From Octopus bimaculoides (Eukaryota): 64,000 nucleotides of DNA. Below are positions 49,046-61,772 of the stretch, one piece after another (position 1 is the stretch's first letter; every line of letters starts with the position of its first letter). The DNA is taken from NCBI RefSeq assembly GCF_001194135.2, contig NC_068987.1, positions 30,806,956 to 30,870,955 of the forward strand, read 5' to 3'. Below the pieces are notes generated by a model that saw nothing but the letters and a program-made list of their open reading frames with translations, made no database searches and had not been told where the DNA came from. The translations under genes and the position numbers were made by a program.

Positions 49046-50648
49046 ATCATCATCATCATCATCATCGTTTAACGTCTGCCTTCCATGCTAGCGTGGGTTG
49101 GACGATTTGACTGAGGACTGGTGAACCAGATGGCTTCATCGGGCTCCAACCTGATTTGGCAGAGTTTCTATAGCTGGATGCCCTTCCTAATGCCAACTGC
49201 TCCAAGAGTAGTGGGTGCTTTTACGTGCCACCAGCACGAAGGCCAGTCAAGCGGTACTGGCAACGGCCATGCTCAAATGGTGTATTTTACGTGCCACCTG
49301 CACAGGAGCCAGTCCAGCGGCACTGGCAACGATCTCACTCAAATGTCTTTACATGTGCCACCAGCACAAGTGCCAGGAAGGCGACGCTGGGCACAGNNNN
49401 NNNNNNNNNNNNNNNNNNNNNNNNNNNNNNNNNNNNNNNNNNNNNNNNNNNNNNNNNNNNNNNNNNNNNNNNNNNNNNNNNNNNNNNNNNNNNNNNNNNN
49501 NNNNNNNNNNNNNTATTTCCAAAGGTCTCGGTCAGAAGTTATTGCCTCGGTGAGGCCCAATGTTCAAAGGTCGTGCTTCACCACCTCATCCCAGGTCTTC
49601 CTGAGCCTACCTCTTCCACAGGTTCCCTCAACCGCTAGGGTGTGGCACTTTTTCACACAGCTATCCTCATTCATTCTTGCCACATGACCATACCAGCGCA
49701 GTCGTCTCTCTTGCACACCACATCTGATGCTTCTAATGTTCAACTTTTCTCTCAAGGTACTGACACTCTGTCTAGTATGCACACTGACATTACACCTCCA
49801 TCGGAGCATACTGGCTTCATTCCTTGTGAGCCTACGTATGTCCTCAGCAGTCACAGCCTATGTTTCACTGCCATGTAGCATGGCTGCTCGTACACATGCG
49901 TCATACAGTCTGCCTTTTACTCTGAGTGAGAGGCCCCTTGTCACTAGCAGAGGTAAGAATTCTCTGAACTTAGCCCAGGCTATTCTTATTCTAGCAGCTA
50001 CACTTTCAGTGCACCCTCCCTCACTACTGACTTGGTCACCTAGATAGCAGAAGCTATCAACTAAGTCTAGTTTTTCTCCCTGGAATGTGGCCAAAGTTGT
50101 TTTCTGCACATATTCAGTGTTTATTGCACCTGAACATCTGCCACATACAAAAACTAACTTCCTAGTTAACCTGCCTTTGATATTGCTGCACCTCTTATGT
50201 GTCCATAGCTTGCACTGAGTACATCTTATAGAGTTTCTACCTACGCCTTTTCTACAGATCGAGGCCTTAGAGTCAACCTAGCTCAAGGTACTTACACTCT
50301 GTCTAGTATGCACACTGACATTACACATCCATCGGATCATACTGGCTTCATTCCTTGCGAGCCTACACATGTCCTCAGCAGTCTACCTGAAGGGGTTTGT
50401 GTTTTGTCTACCTTCCTACTTATTAGGACTTTGGTTTTAGCTAGGTTGACTCTAAGGCCCTTCGATTCTGGTCCTTGCTTCCACACCTGAAACTTCTACT
50501 CTAGTTCTGATAGTGACTCAGCAATTAGTGCAAGGTCATCAGCATAGAGGAGCTCCCAGGGGCATCCTGTCTTGAACTCCTCTGTTATTGCCTGGAGGAC
50601 TATGATAAATAGGAGGGGGCTGAGGACTGAATCTTGGTGGACTCCTAC
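49046..50648 (-). mobile_element. 5'-truncated RTE-clade LINE (RT C-terminal half, 3'UTR, (GAT)n tail)
   Basis: GVHQDSVLSPLLF, LLYADD, LRVNLAKTK, VDSFCYLG, MLHGSET and RRLRWYGHV motifs; tail GTTAAACGATGATGATG. Confidence 0.95.
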
Positions 50649-50720
50649 CTATGTACCTATCCGTCTGTATGTCTATCTGTTTATTTTCATTTCCATATGC
50701 CTACATACATGTGCACGCGT

Positions 50721-50766
<46 letters not shown>

Positions 50767-53610
50767 TAATGCGCTGACGGTTACATTCTGTATCCATAAC
50801 TCTGTGTCAAATTCAGGTAATTTCCTTTTGAAGTTTCTGGAAGCTGTGGTCACTACTGATTTTTTTTACTGTTACAGATGAAACTTAGCATGTTCTTCAT
50901 CCACTTGACCTTCAGTGTGAAGAACTGTTTTTATGACAAGGTTAATATCACCGACTTATCAACATTACAATGCTATATTAATATTACATGTTATATTAAT
51001 ATTACATGTAGCTGTAAAGCAATGAACTGGCAGAATTGTTAGCATGCTGGGCAAAATGCTTAGTGGGATTTTGTCCGCTTTTACATAGTTCTGAAGTTGC
51101 CTTGCCTTTCATCCTTTTGGGGGTCAATAAAATGACTACTAGCTGAGTACTGAAGCCAATGTAATTGACTTTCCCCACTCTGCCAAACTTACTGGCCTTG
51201 TGCCAAAATTTGAAACCAATATTATACATAGCTAATTTTTGTTTCATTTGTTTATCACATTTCACTACAAAGATGTTTGGTGACCTCTCTAGCACCGCCT
51301 TTTGTGTATTTAAAAAATGTGCTGAAGAATTTAAATGCTGACATTGACTACATTTGCAATTATAGTTCTGTGCCAGAGCGCTGGACGAAATGCTTTGCTG
51401 TGTTTCATTTGGCTCTTTGGGTACTGTAGTCAAATCCCAATGAGGTCAATTTCATGTCGCCAGAGTCAACAAAATAAGTTACCAGTCAAGCATTAGGCTC
51501 AATATAATCAAGAAAACCATTTCTCACAAAATTTTGGCCTTGTGCCTATGCTAGGAACAGTTATATGAAGGGAGACGGGTTTAGTTCAACCAACACAGTA
51601 TTCTCAGGGAGTCTTTCATAGCTAAGCTGATAACAGGATTTCAAGTTGTAGTCAAGTAGGAGTTCATTAGGCTATGTCTGTATATGTGTTTCTTACTATA
51701 TGTCACAGATAAGAACAAACCCAAATCCTCAACATTGACATTATGGAGTAACACCTTCTTACTCTCACAAACCAATTCCATACTTTTTTTACATCAACTA
51801 ACATCTATGATGATCCTAATTCAATGTAGTTAATGAAATTATATTTCCAGTAACACTGCTTATTCTTGCTGAGATGGCCTTCTCCACTCTCACATATATC
51901 TAAGGATATTTCTGCTATTGAGTGGGAGAGAAAGTACGATGTTCTGTCATTACTAGCATTAACATTTCCAAAATTGCATTGAAATTGTGTTAGTGACCAT
52001 GTTGCAGATGAATGATGAATATTTTGACACAAAAAAAAAACGAAACGTAAATGTTATTTACCAAACAAGTTATTTACTAAACAAGTACAGCTCCAAACTC
52101 TGATAATAAAAGCTTCCTATTTACAACACATTCCATATAGTGAAGGATTACGTTCATAACCAACTATAATGATGGCTTTCTATTAAAAACTCCAGACACT
52201 GAAGTATAACACTTACAACACAGTTTGCAGAATGAAATACAGTAGGCACAACAGCCTCTATAATAAGGTATGACATTCACAACATAGTGACTTATAGTTT
52301 TTGCAACACAATCAGTTTAATCAATCATACATTGTTGTCATCATTAATGTTGTCATTATTATTGTCATTTTACATCAATCTTCCATGCCTGCATGATCTG
52401 GGCAATGTAACAGAATCAAAGCTGGTGTTACACAAGTTTATTGCTTTGAGATGGTAGTAGCGGAGTGAGTAAAAGAGACAGAGTTAAGAAAGATGTAATA
52501 GGAGGGAAAAGGACGAAGTAATGTGAGGATGTTAGTCAGAGAATGATAAATACAGTGAAGTAGGTTGAGTAGGAGGAGGTGTAGCTCATGAGAGGGTAAA
52601 AGAGGTGCACGAAGGAGAAATAAGGTAGATGAGAAGTCAGAATATATCCTCAAAGGTGCGGGAGGAGATAGGCAGTAAAAGGAATATTCAACATGCACAA
52701 ATCAAATGTTTTCCTCTCAGTAGCAGAGGGCATGGTTAGATATGTAGAAGAGATGATGGGGGAGATGAGAAAGTTTAGAATCAGTACATACAATGGTTAA
52801 AAGAAGAGCTGATAGTGGGGTAGAGATGTGACCCTTGCCCACCATAGGCTGCATTCCCCACTATACCAACACCTCTGACCAACTCCACCATTTTCTCTAT
52901 CCATCTCTCATTTAACTCCCAAAACTCTTCTTGCAACATTTACTCACTGGCCCCATCCTCATCTTGCTGTCCCTCTTCCCTTCATTTATCTTCTGTCTTC
53001 TCTATTATTCTGCTGCTCATCACTGTTTCTGTGCTGCCAGTTACCATTCCCTATCCTTTGAGAAGCTTCTATTGACATCCTCCCCTCGTTCTCAAGACCA
53101 TCCTTATCACTCATTTTTACCATCAACTACATCCACACTTGTTCATCGTTTACTACATCCACCCCACCCTTATTTCTAACCACCTCTTACTTTCCCCACC
53201 TCATATTCCTGTGATCTTACACACCTACACATTAGGGTCTTCTGTCTCCATACTCTCTTCTGTTCATTATTCTTATACCACTCTCTTCCTGACTCCACCC
53301 ACATATATATAATAAGGGATTTATCTCCCCACAAGCGATATAAACAAGAGTGTATTTTGCACACAAAAAAAAAAAAAACACTGTGAGAGTTTTCTCTCAT
53401 GGTATCTACTGCAGTATAGTTTGTTCTAACAGAACATCTTTGTTTAAGTGGGCATAAATATTACCTCTCAGTATTAATACTGTCTCTGTCGCTATTACAT
53501 ATATATATATATCACTGGCTAATCATGACACCAGTGCCAGTTTTGGCACTTTCATTCTACATATCGCTGATGGGGAGATGAATCACTGCTGCCTCTAGTA
53601 GTCGAGTGTC

Positions 53611-53655
53611 CATCACTGATAAGACCAAACAAGGTCGAAATCACATAATCTGGTG
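53611..53655 (+). ncRNA. Hammerhead-like motif with G8A core mutation
   Basis: catca CTGATAA GACC-aaacaa-GGTC GAAA T cacata A TC / tggtg. Confidence 0.55.
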
Positions 53656-54638
53656 GTCGCAGTGCTGGAGGTAGCAGGGATTTATCTCTTTACTAGTGAT
53701 ATAAACAAGAGCACATTTTGCACTAAAAACCTAATATGAGAGCTTCTCTCATGGTAACTACCACAGTAAAGTTTGTTCCTGTTTAAGTAGGAATAGATAA
53801 AATAAAAGGTAGTCATTAATCTCCTCACAACAACAAACCTGTTTCTGTTTCTCTCATCATGCTTTAACTCCTCAACACTTAGCATGAATTCACCTGCTTT
53901 TGCACAATTTTCCTTCTTAGTTGAGGCTCTTTAGCTTTATTATAAGGCAATCTCACTAATGTTGTTGATGTTAAGAAAAAAAAAAAAGCACTCAATACAC
54001 TCTGTGAGGTGATTGGCATTAGGAAGGGCATCCATTGATAAAAATCAGGACATGGTAAAAGAGACATAATTCTTCAGTTTGTTGAATCCTATTCAAGTGT
54101 CCATCCCATGCCTGCACGGAAAGTAGACGTGAAATGATGCTAATGATGATGATGTATACGATAGGCTTCCTGGAGATTCAACCAAATTTATTCACATGGA
54201 ACTGGTTGGTTCAAGGTTACAGAAGACACTTAATTTGCAGTGCAGTGAGGGTTGAACACCCAAAACCATGAAGTTGTGAAGTGAACTTCATAACAACAAG
54301 GCTATGCTTACACTTAACAACTTAGAAAATAGGATTCATTGATTAATGTTAATGCTTGAAATATTTGCTCTAGCAAAGCATGAAAAAAGCAACCATGGAG
54401 TTTCCTTTTCAAACTTTACATTTTTTTTTTTCCAATTTTCCCTTCTTTACCAATTTTAGCATATCAAACCTTCTGGTTGGTTGTAACAGTTTGACATTTT
54501 AATAGAACATTATGGTAAGGTGTTGGGAAAATTTGGTGAAAATTCTTATTTCTAGTTTTCAAAGTAATAATTTCAGTAAAGATAAATTAAAAAAAAAAAA
54601 AAAAAAAAAGACATATATATATCTACAAAACAACTTAC

Positions 54639-54664
54639 ATCAGCTGCATTCTTCTTTCCTCTTC
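54639..54664 (-). CDS. 26-nt micro-exon of the MYND gene
   Basis: ctattttacag acceptor and GTAAGT donor. Phase 1 to 0 links the MYND exon (donor 58283) to the terminal exon, reading R-RGKKNAAD. Confidence 0.55.
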
Positions 54665-57600
54665 CTGTAAAATAGATGTAAAACAAATTGCAGGTGACCA
54701 AAGAACATATGAACATATTCATGAATAATACGGTAATGCAGTTGTTCACAGGATAAGTATCTACACAAAAACATGCCCTTTCATATTTAATATTTGCACT
54801 TAAGGTGAGTCCAAAGTTTTTGTCCCTTTAGTACATTGCCTGGTGATTATGGATGCTGGTCTCACATTCATAGGGTCATATGTATGACTCCTGAAGTGAG
54901 TATCATGTTGGATTCTTGAACAAGGCAATTCATTTCAGATTACTCCACTCTACTCTGCTATATTGAGTACTTACTAGGTGTTGGTGCAGCCCCCCTCTCT
55001 CTTCTCCTCCCCCTCTCTTTCCAGCTGTCTTGTTCTCAATGTCTAGCTGAGTCACAGGATGGAGAGCTGAAAGAGTGTCTCTGCCTGTTTGCGAATACAT
55101 AGTAAACTTAAACAATTCTTTTCTACTCTAGGTACAAAGCCCAAAATTTTTGGGGAGGGGGCCAGTTGATTAGATCGATCTCAGTACGCAACTGGTACTT
55201 AATTTATCGACCCTGAAAGGACAAAAAGCAAAGTTGACCTCGGCGGAATTTGAACTCAGAATGTAAAGACAGATGAAATACCGCTAGGCATTTCGCCTGG
55301 TGTGCTAAAGTTTCTTATTTCTTTACTGCCCACAAGGGGCTACACACAGAGGGGACAAACAAGAACAGACAGACGAATTAAGTCGATTACATCGACCCCA
55401 GTGCGTAACTGGTACTTATTTAATCGACCCCGAAAGGATGAAAGGCAAAGTCGATCTTGGCAGAATTTGAGCTCAGAACACGAAGACAGATGAAATACTG
55501 CTAGGCATTTCGCCCGGCATGCTAATATTTCTGCCAGCTCACCGCCTGAAACAACTTAAACAATTACCAAAAGCAGAGGACACACAAGTTATGCTTGCGA
55601 GTTGCAGAATTATCTATGATAATCCTTGGTTTGGGGCCAAATTTTTAAGGTTCAAATTTCATGATATACACTGATACATACATACATATATGTGTGTGTG
55701 TGTGTTTTAAATATTATAATATAGTGAAAAAGCTTCATTATATTATTATCTAGGTGGCGAGCTGGCAAAATTGTTGGCATGTCAGGCAAAGTGCCGAGTG
55801 GTATTTTGTCTGTCTTCACATTCTGAGTTCAACTTCCACCAGAGTTGACTCTGCCTTTCATCCTTTCAGAGTCTATAAAATTGACCACCAGTTGACCGCT
55901 GAAGTTGATATAATCAACTTACCCACTCGCCCGAAATTGCTGGCCTTGTGCTAAAATTTGAAATCATTATTAAGATGACGAGACGGTAGAATTGTTAGCA
56001 CACTGAATATTTTGTCTGTATGTCGAGTTCACATTTCACTGAGGTCAAGTTTGCCCTTCATCCTTAGTAGCAATTGAGCACTGGGGTAGATAATCAACTC
56101 TATCCTCTCCCCACAAATTCTAAGCTTCATGTCTATAGTAGAAAGGATTATGTTGTTGTTACTGCTATTGTTTAATCTGAGCTCAAAAATGACCAAGAAG
56201 CCCTAGAATTAAAAGCATTTTATTCATGACTGTTCTGGCTTTTTAGGTATATGTAAGACAACATGGTCATGTGTTTCCTTTTGTTTTTGAAGACAGTAAG
56301 ATCTGACATTCAAAGTGGGCCAGCTTTCATTGGAGAACAAAATCTGTTGTCTATAGAAGACACAAATATAGCTACCTTGTAGTATAGAAGACACACATGT
56401 GTGACAAGAGTGGTGGAACATCATCATCATCGTCGTTTAACGTCCGCTTTCCATGCTAGCATGGGTTGGACGATTTGACTGAGGACTGGTGAAACCAGAT
56501 GGCTACACCAGGCTCCAGTCTGATTTGGCAGAGTTTCTACAGCTGGATGCCCTTCCTCAACATGTCTAAAAAAGGGTTTTGGTTACTGTTTCAGTGCGCA
56601 GTCTCAGATGACTCAAAGATGAAGTGCATTTGCTGCCAGGGACATTTAATGTAAATAGTACAAAACTGGGGTCTGTGTATTGTTTAGGAATTACAGATAA
56701 AGGATGAGATCATTTGATGTACAGAGTTAAAGACTGCAAAGAATTTGGTATCTGCACTAACAGCATCAATATGGAGTAAGTATAAGAATCTTCAAGAAGA
56801 GTTGTAAGCATTGAAATCACAGAGTTGTATTCAGTTGTGACATTTGAAGAAGAGTATCAGTTGATATTAATGACTTGTAGGGACACCATATTTCGTTATG
56901 GAACCATAATATACTACAAAAAATATTAAATGCTTTTACATGTCAGTATTGCGTTCTACTAAGGTGGTAAGCTGGCAGAAATGTTAACACACCAGGCAAA
57001 ATGCTTAGCAGTATTTCATCTGCCTTTACGTTTTGAGTTCAAATTCCGCTGAGGTCGACTTTGCCTTTCATCCTTCCAGGGTTGATAAATTAAGTACCAG
57101 TTACGCACTGGGGTCGATCTAATCGACTGGCCCCCACCTCCCCAAAAATTTTGGGCCTTGTGCCCAGAGTAGAAAAGAATATCGTGTTCTATTGTGTTAG
57201 CAGTGCTATAACATCACTTGTTAAGGTTGTCTCTACAGATTTTCTGTAGAAATAACAGCCAGCACTGATTTTGCTACAATGTTTCATATCTGAATACCCT
57301 TGATCTTTGATCTCATTGTTGTTTACTTTAGGCATACTCAGATATGAAACGTCAAAACAAAATTAGTGCTGGCTATAATTTCTATCAAAAATCTGTAGAG
57401 ATAACCTTAAGAAGTATCAGTAGAGAAAGGTTCTACATTTGTACTCAGAGTATTAATAGAGTAGTTTTGAGGCAATTGAACTGAGAATTTCAGTGGAGTT
57501 TATATCTCACAACAGATCATTTACATTTTCAATGTTTGTAGTGATGACAGAAGATGGTGTTACACATCAACCTCTCCCCTATAAAGTAACAAACATGTCA

Positions 57601-58282
57601 TCTTTCTGGTATTTAATACCCCAGTTACAAGTTTATTGAACATAAAACGACCCCTAAACCATTCAGACAATACCTCCATTATGGGGATTTTTAATTTTAA
57701 AAGTCTATAGTTTATAAGGATAGTAATGGGTGACTGCGGTATTTGTCTCATTAACTCTGTTCATTTCAGTGACTATATTATATGGGTTTTACAATGCTTC
57801 ATAAAAGTGAAAGCTTTGTAAGCCATGCCATTGTTGTTGTAAGCAGTTGATGGCTACATTGATTAGGCTAGGGCTAATCAACAACCATCCTAAGTCATTA
57901 AAGAAATCTCTACAGGGTCACACAACCATGAATAATAAATTAAAGTTTAATGCAATAATGACTGGCTGTGAATGGTTTCTGATTTAAGCACAAGGCCATC
58001 GATTTTGAGGAGAGGGGTTAATCACTACCATTGACTTCAGTACTTGATGGTATTATATCTTATTGACTCCAAAAAGATAAAGGCAGAGCTGACCTCAGTG
58101 GGAATTGAACTCAAGATGTAAAGTGCCATAACTAAATACTGCAACATATTTTGTCATCCACCTCTCAAATTGATTTTGCTACTCCACCACCTGTCAAAAC
58201 TACTTTCTTTGTTCCTGAGTTCCCTCACACAAACTGAAAAACTGAAAATTAGAAATTTTCAAACAAACAAGAAATACTCTAC

Positions 58283-58443
58283 TGTTTTCAGCTATGTCTT
58301 GGCATTCGCCTTTATGCCTGTCTGACCATGCTGTTGATTTACACTTTTTACTGCAGTAGGAAACGGCTTTGCAGCGAGTGCATGTCTTCAGGTGTACATG
58401 TGCAGATCTGCAGCAGTCGTAACAATACTTGACTGATGATTGC
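58283..58443 (-). CDS. ANKMY1: MYND zinc-finger exon, probably ANKMY1 (donor at 58283, alternatively 58278)
   Basis: QSSVKYCYDCCRSAHVHLKTCTRCKAVSYCSKKCKSTAWSDRHKGEC has MYND Cys/His spacing and resembles the ANKMY1 C-terminal FKFCYQCGRS...CSKYCKTKAW...H..DC; ctttcag acceptor. Confidence 0.75.
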
Positions 58444-59291
58444 CTGAAAGTAAAAATAATAGCTTTAAATATTATCAGCTTCAAACATTATGCCATTTAA
58501 GTGTTCTTTTTTTTTTTATTACTAATTTCAGAAAGAGGCAGCACCCAGAACTTGAGCAAGCCATCAACAGACAAGTGAGCCTGATGCATGCCATTGGTGC
58601 TGCTTCTAGTCAATCTCCTTACCAACAATTACCATGTAGCTGTTGATAACTTTCTCTCTCATTACTCTCACCCTCTCTCTCTTCCATTACTCTCTTCTTA
58701 TCAACAATCATCATGGAGATGTCTCTCTTCCTTTCTTTTCCATTACTTTCTCCTCACCATCAACCATCATATAGCTGTCTATTAGTTTTTCTCTTTTATA
58801 TTGAACAGCTGCAGTTTGATATCTGGAGGAAAATCCTAAGTAGGGAATGTTCCAGGGATCTGCAGTTTAGGATAAGGAGGATTGAAGGACTGAGGAAAGT
58901 ATTTAGTGTATGCTGTGAGGTGACAGACAGTAGGTATAATGGAATATAGATAAATAGAGCAGCCGATAGGTATAGCTTTGCTAGTTCACATCTTTTAACA
59001 TTTGTCTTCCATGCTGGTATGGTTAAAAAGTTTGACAGGATTCAATAGGATCATGTTCCAATATCTGTTTTGCATGGTTTCTATGGCTGGGGATGTCCTA
59101 TATGTGTTTGTGAGTGGGTGTGTGATATATATGTATATATATGATATATGATATATATGTATATATATGATATATGATATATATGTATATATNNNNNNNN
59201 NNNNNNNNNNNNNNNNNNNNNNNNNNNNNNNNNNNNNNNNNNNNNNNNNNNNNNNNNNNNNNNNNNNNNNNNNNNNNNNNNNNNNNNNNNN

Positions 59292-59335
<44 letters not shown>

Positions 59336-59466
59336 ATACATATATATATGTTGTTGTACCTGGGGATGGTCATATTGCCAGTTTAGCGAATAAAAACACA
59401 CGCACTGTATATTTGGTGTTAGTTTGCTTCAGCTTTATATTACATTACATTACATTAATCCTATTT

Positions 59467-59511
59467 CAGCCAGAGTTCTTTCGTCACACTTCTGTGACCT
59501 CATCAGTGGTC
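59467..59511 (-). ncRNA. Minimal type-I hammerhead ribozyme-like motif
   Basis: Minus strand: gacca CTGATGA G GTCAC-agaagt-GTGAC GAAA G aa C TC / tggct. Complete core, 5-bp stem II, 2-bp stem III, CUC triplet. Confidence 0.7.
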
Positions 59512-61017
59512 CTTTGCTTTCTTCTTTCTTATGTGTGTCCCACATATATATATATACGATATATGATATATATAGGCACAGGCATGGCTGTATGGTAAGA
59601 AGCCTGCTTCTCAACCACATGGTTCCGGGTTCAGTCCCACCGTGTGGCACCTTGGGCAAGTGTCTTCTACTATAGCCTCAGGCTGACCAAAGCCTTGTGA
59701 GTGGATTTGGCAAATGGAAACTGAAAGAAGCCCATTGTGTATATATATATATATATATATATATAAGTGAGGAAAAGCTAGAGGTTATAACAACTAAGGG
59801 ATAACTTGTATCCTATGAATCCACTGGTCGATGGTAATCATGAGCATTGGTGTTAATGTTCATAAATGATAGGTAATGACAAGAATAAACTGAAGTTTAT
59901 CAATATTCAAAGGAAAACAGAAAATGGAGATACAATTAATGTATAACAATTGATCTACATCAAATATCATTTTCTTTATATATATATATATGTTTGTGTG
60001 TCTGTGCTTGTTTCCCCACCCACCATCACTTGACGACCAATGTTGGCATGTGTACATCCCTGTAACTTAGCAGTTTAGCAAAAGAGACCAATAGAATAAG
60101 TACTAAGGTTACAAAGAATAAATCCTGGGGTCAATTTGTTCGACTGAAGACAGAGTTCCTGCACGGCTGCAGTCAAGTGATTGAAACAAGTAAAAGAATA
60201 AAAGAATATATATTTTTATATATTTTTTTTCTTTTATTCTTTTACTTGTTTCAGTCATTTATTCAGTCAATTTATTCGACTAAAGCTGGTGCTCCAGCAT
60301 GGCTGCAGTCAAATGACTGAAACAAGTAAAAGAATAAAAAAAAAAAACATATACATACACATATATATATATTCTTTTATTTGTTTCATTCGTTTGAATG
60401 TGGCCATGCTGGAGCACCACCTTTAGTCGAATAAATTGATCCCAGGACTTATTCTTTGTAAGCCTAGTACTTATTCTATCGGATAGTATGGGCGGGGTGT
60501 GGTGATGGTTAAAAATGAGGAGGGGCCCATCCCAAGCCACTTCTGATTGGCAACATCTGTTGTGTGCCTACACATATCACTTTGGTCATAATGTGCTAAA
60601 ATAGCTGGGTGCATCTTCCAAAGCATTGTATATTGTCAATCATCTTGGTCCTTGATCATCTCCATGGGGCTCAGCATTCCTGGATCAGCTTTCATCACCT
60701 CATGTCTTTCTGGGCCTGCCTCTTCCACAAGTTCCATCCAAGTTAAGCAATTAACACTTCTCTGTATCATTATCCTCATTATCCTTGCAATTTAGAACCC
60801 CCTATTCTTCTGATTCTCATATTGTAGGACATTAGCAAATCACTCACATTCTGATTTCTCCTTGACAAGTATATTTGTCACCTAACTTCCTTTTAAGCTA
60901 CCTGGTATAATTTTCTGCTGTATCACTTTTTCTTGTTTTTCCAGACCTGTTTCTTTGCTGTTATAGTCTGTCTACCCCACAGTACTACCAGCATGTTGCC
61001 TTCACTCTAAATGGAAC

Positions 61018-61208
61018 TGTTGTGTCGACGCCCCCAGGCGAAGAAGTAGGATCTCCCAAGACATATAAATAGAGGTAGTCTGGCCGTGGTAGGTGTGTTG
61101 AGTAGCAGTTGAGTAGCAGTCGAGTAGCAGTTGTGTAGCGGTTGAGTAGAGATCATCCGATGGTGATAGATAGCAGTAGCATTGAGACATAACAGTGGCG
61201 ACGAGGAT
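61018..61208 (+). mobile_element. Gypsy-like 5' LTR (~177 bp) with tRNA-Ser primer binding site
   Basis: TGTT...AACA termini (61018-61194), TATAAAT at 61064-61070, then TGGCGACGAGGAT, complementary to the tRNA-Ser(GCT) 3' end ATCCTCGTCG-CCA. Confidence 0.7.
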
Positions 61209-61670
61209 TCGCAGCTCACACAACCATTGTGTAGTATTGCGATATAACAGAAACCTTGCCCCATCAACAGACTTGGTATGTAAACTTCAACAAGTTGTCT
61301 CAGAAGAACTTCCAGTTGTCCTTTATGCTGTAAGCTTTTATTTCTTCCTTATCACCCTTCAGCTAGTATTATTCTAAATTTCTGACATTTTGCTGGATCT
61401 TTCAGTTTCTATACCTTTTTCCTCTTCTGAGCCCCAACAGCTCTAAATCTGGAGTTACTATAATAACTAATTGCCTGTTTGTTCATCTGTTTGTCCATCT
61501 GCTTGTCTGTTTTACTGCATAGATAGATAATAGACAGATTAATAAACAGACGCACAGACTAACAAACAGATAGATATGGTAATATAAAATTCTCATATTT
61601 TATTTCTCCTGATATGATAGCACACACACACACACACACACAGATGTATACACACACACAGATGTATACA

Positions 61671-61772
<102 letters not shown>

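Noticed and set aside
57332-57484. Plus-strand 50-codon open frame after a tttactttag acceptor
   Set aside because: No convincing donor and no recognisable homology. Similar weak candidates at about 50878, 51709 and 60925 could not be joined into a coherent ORF.
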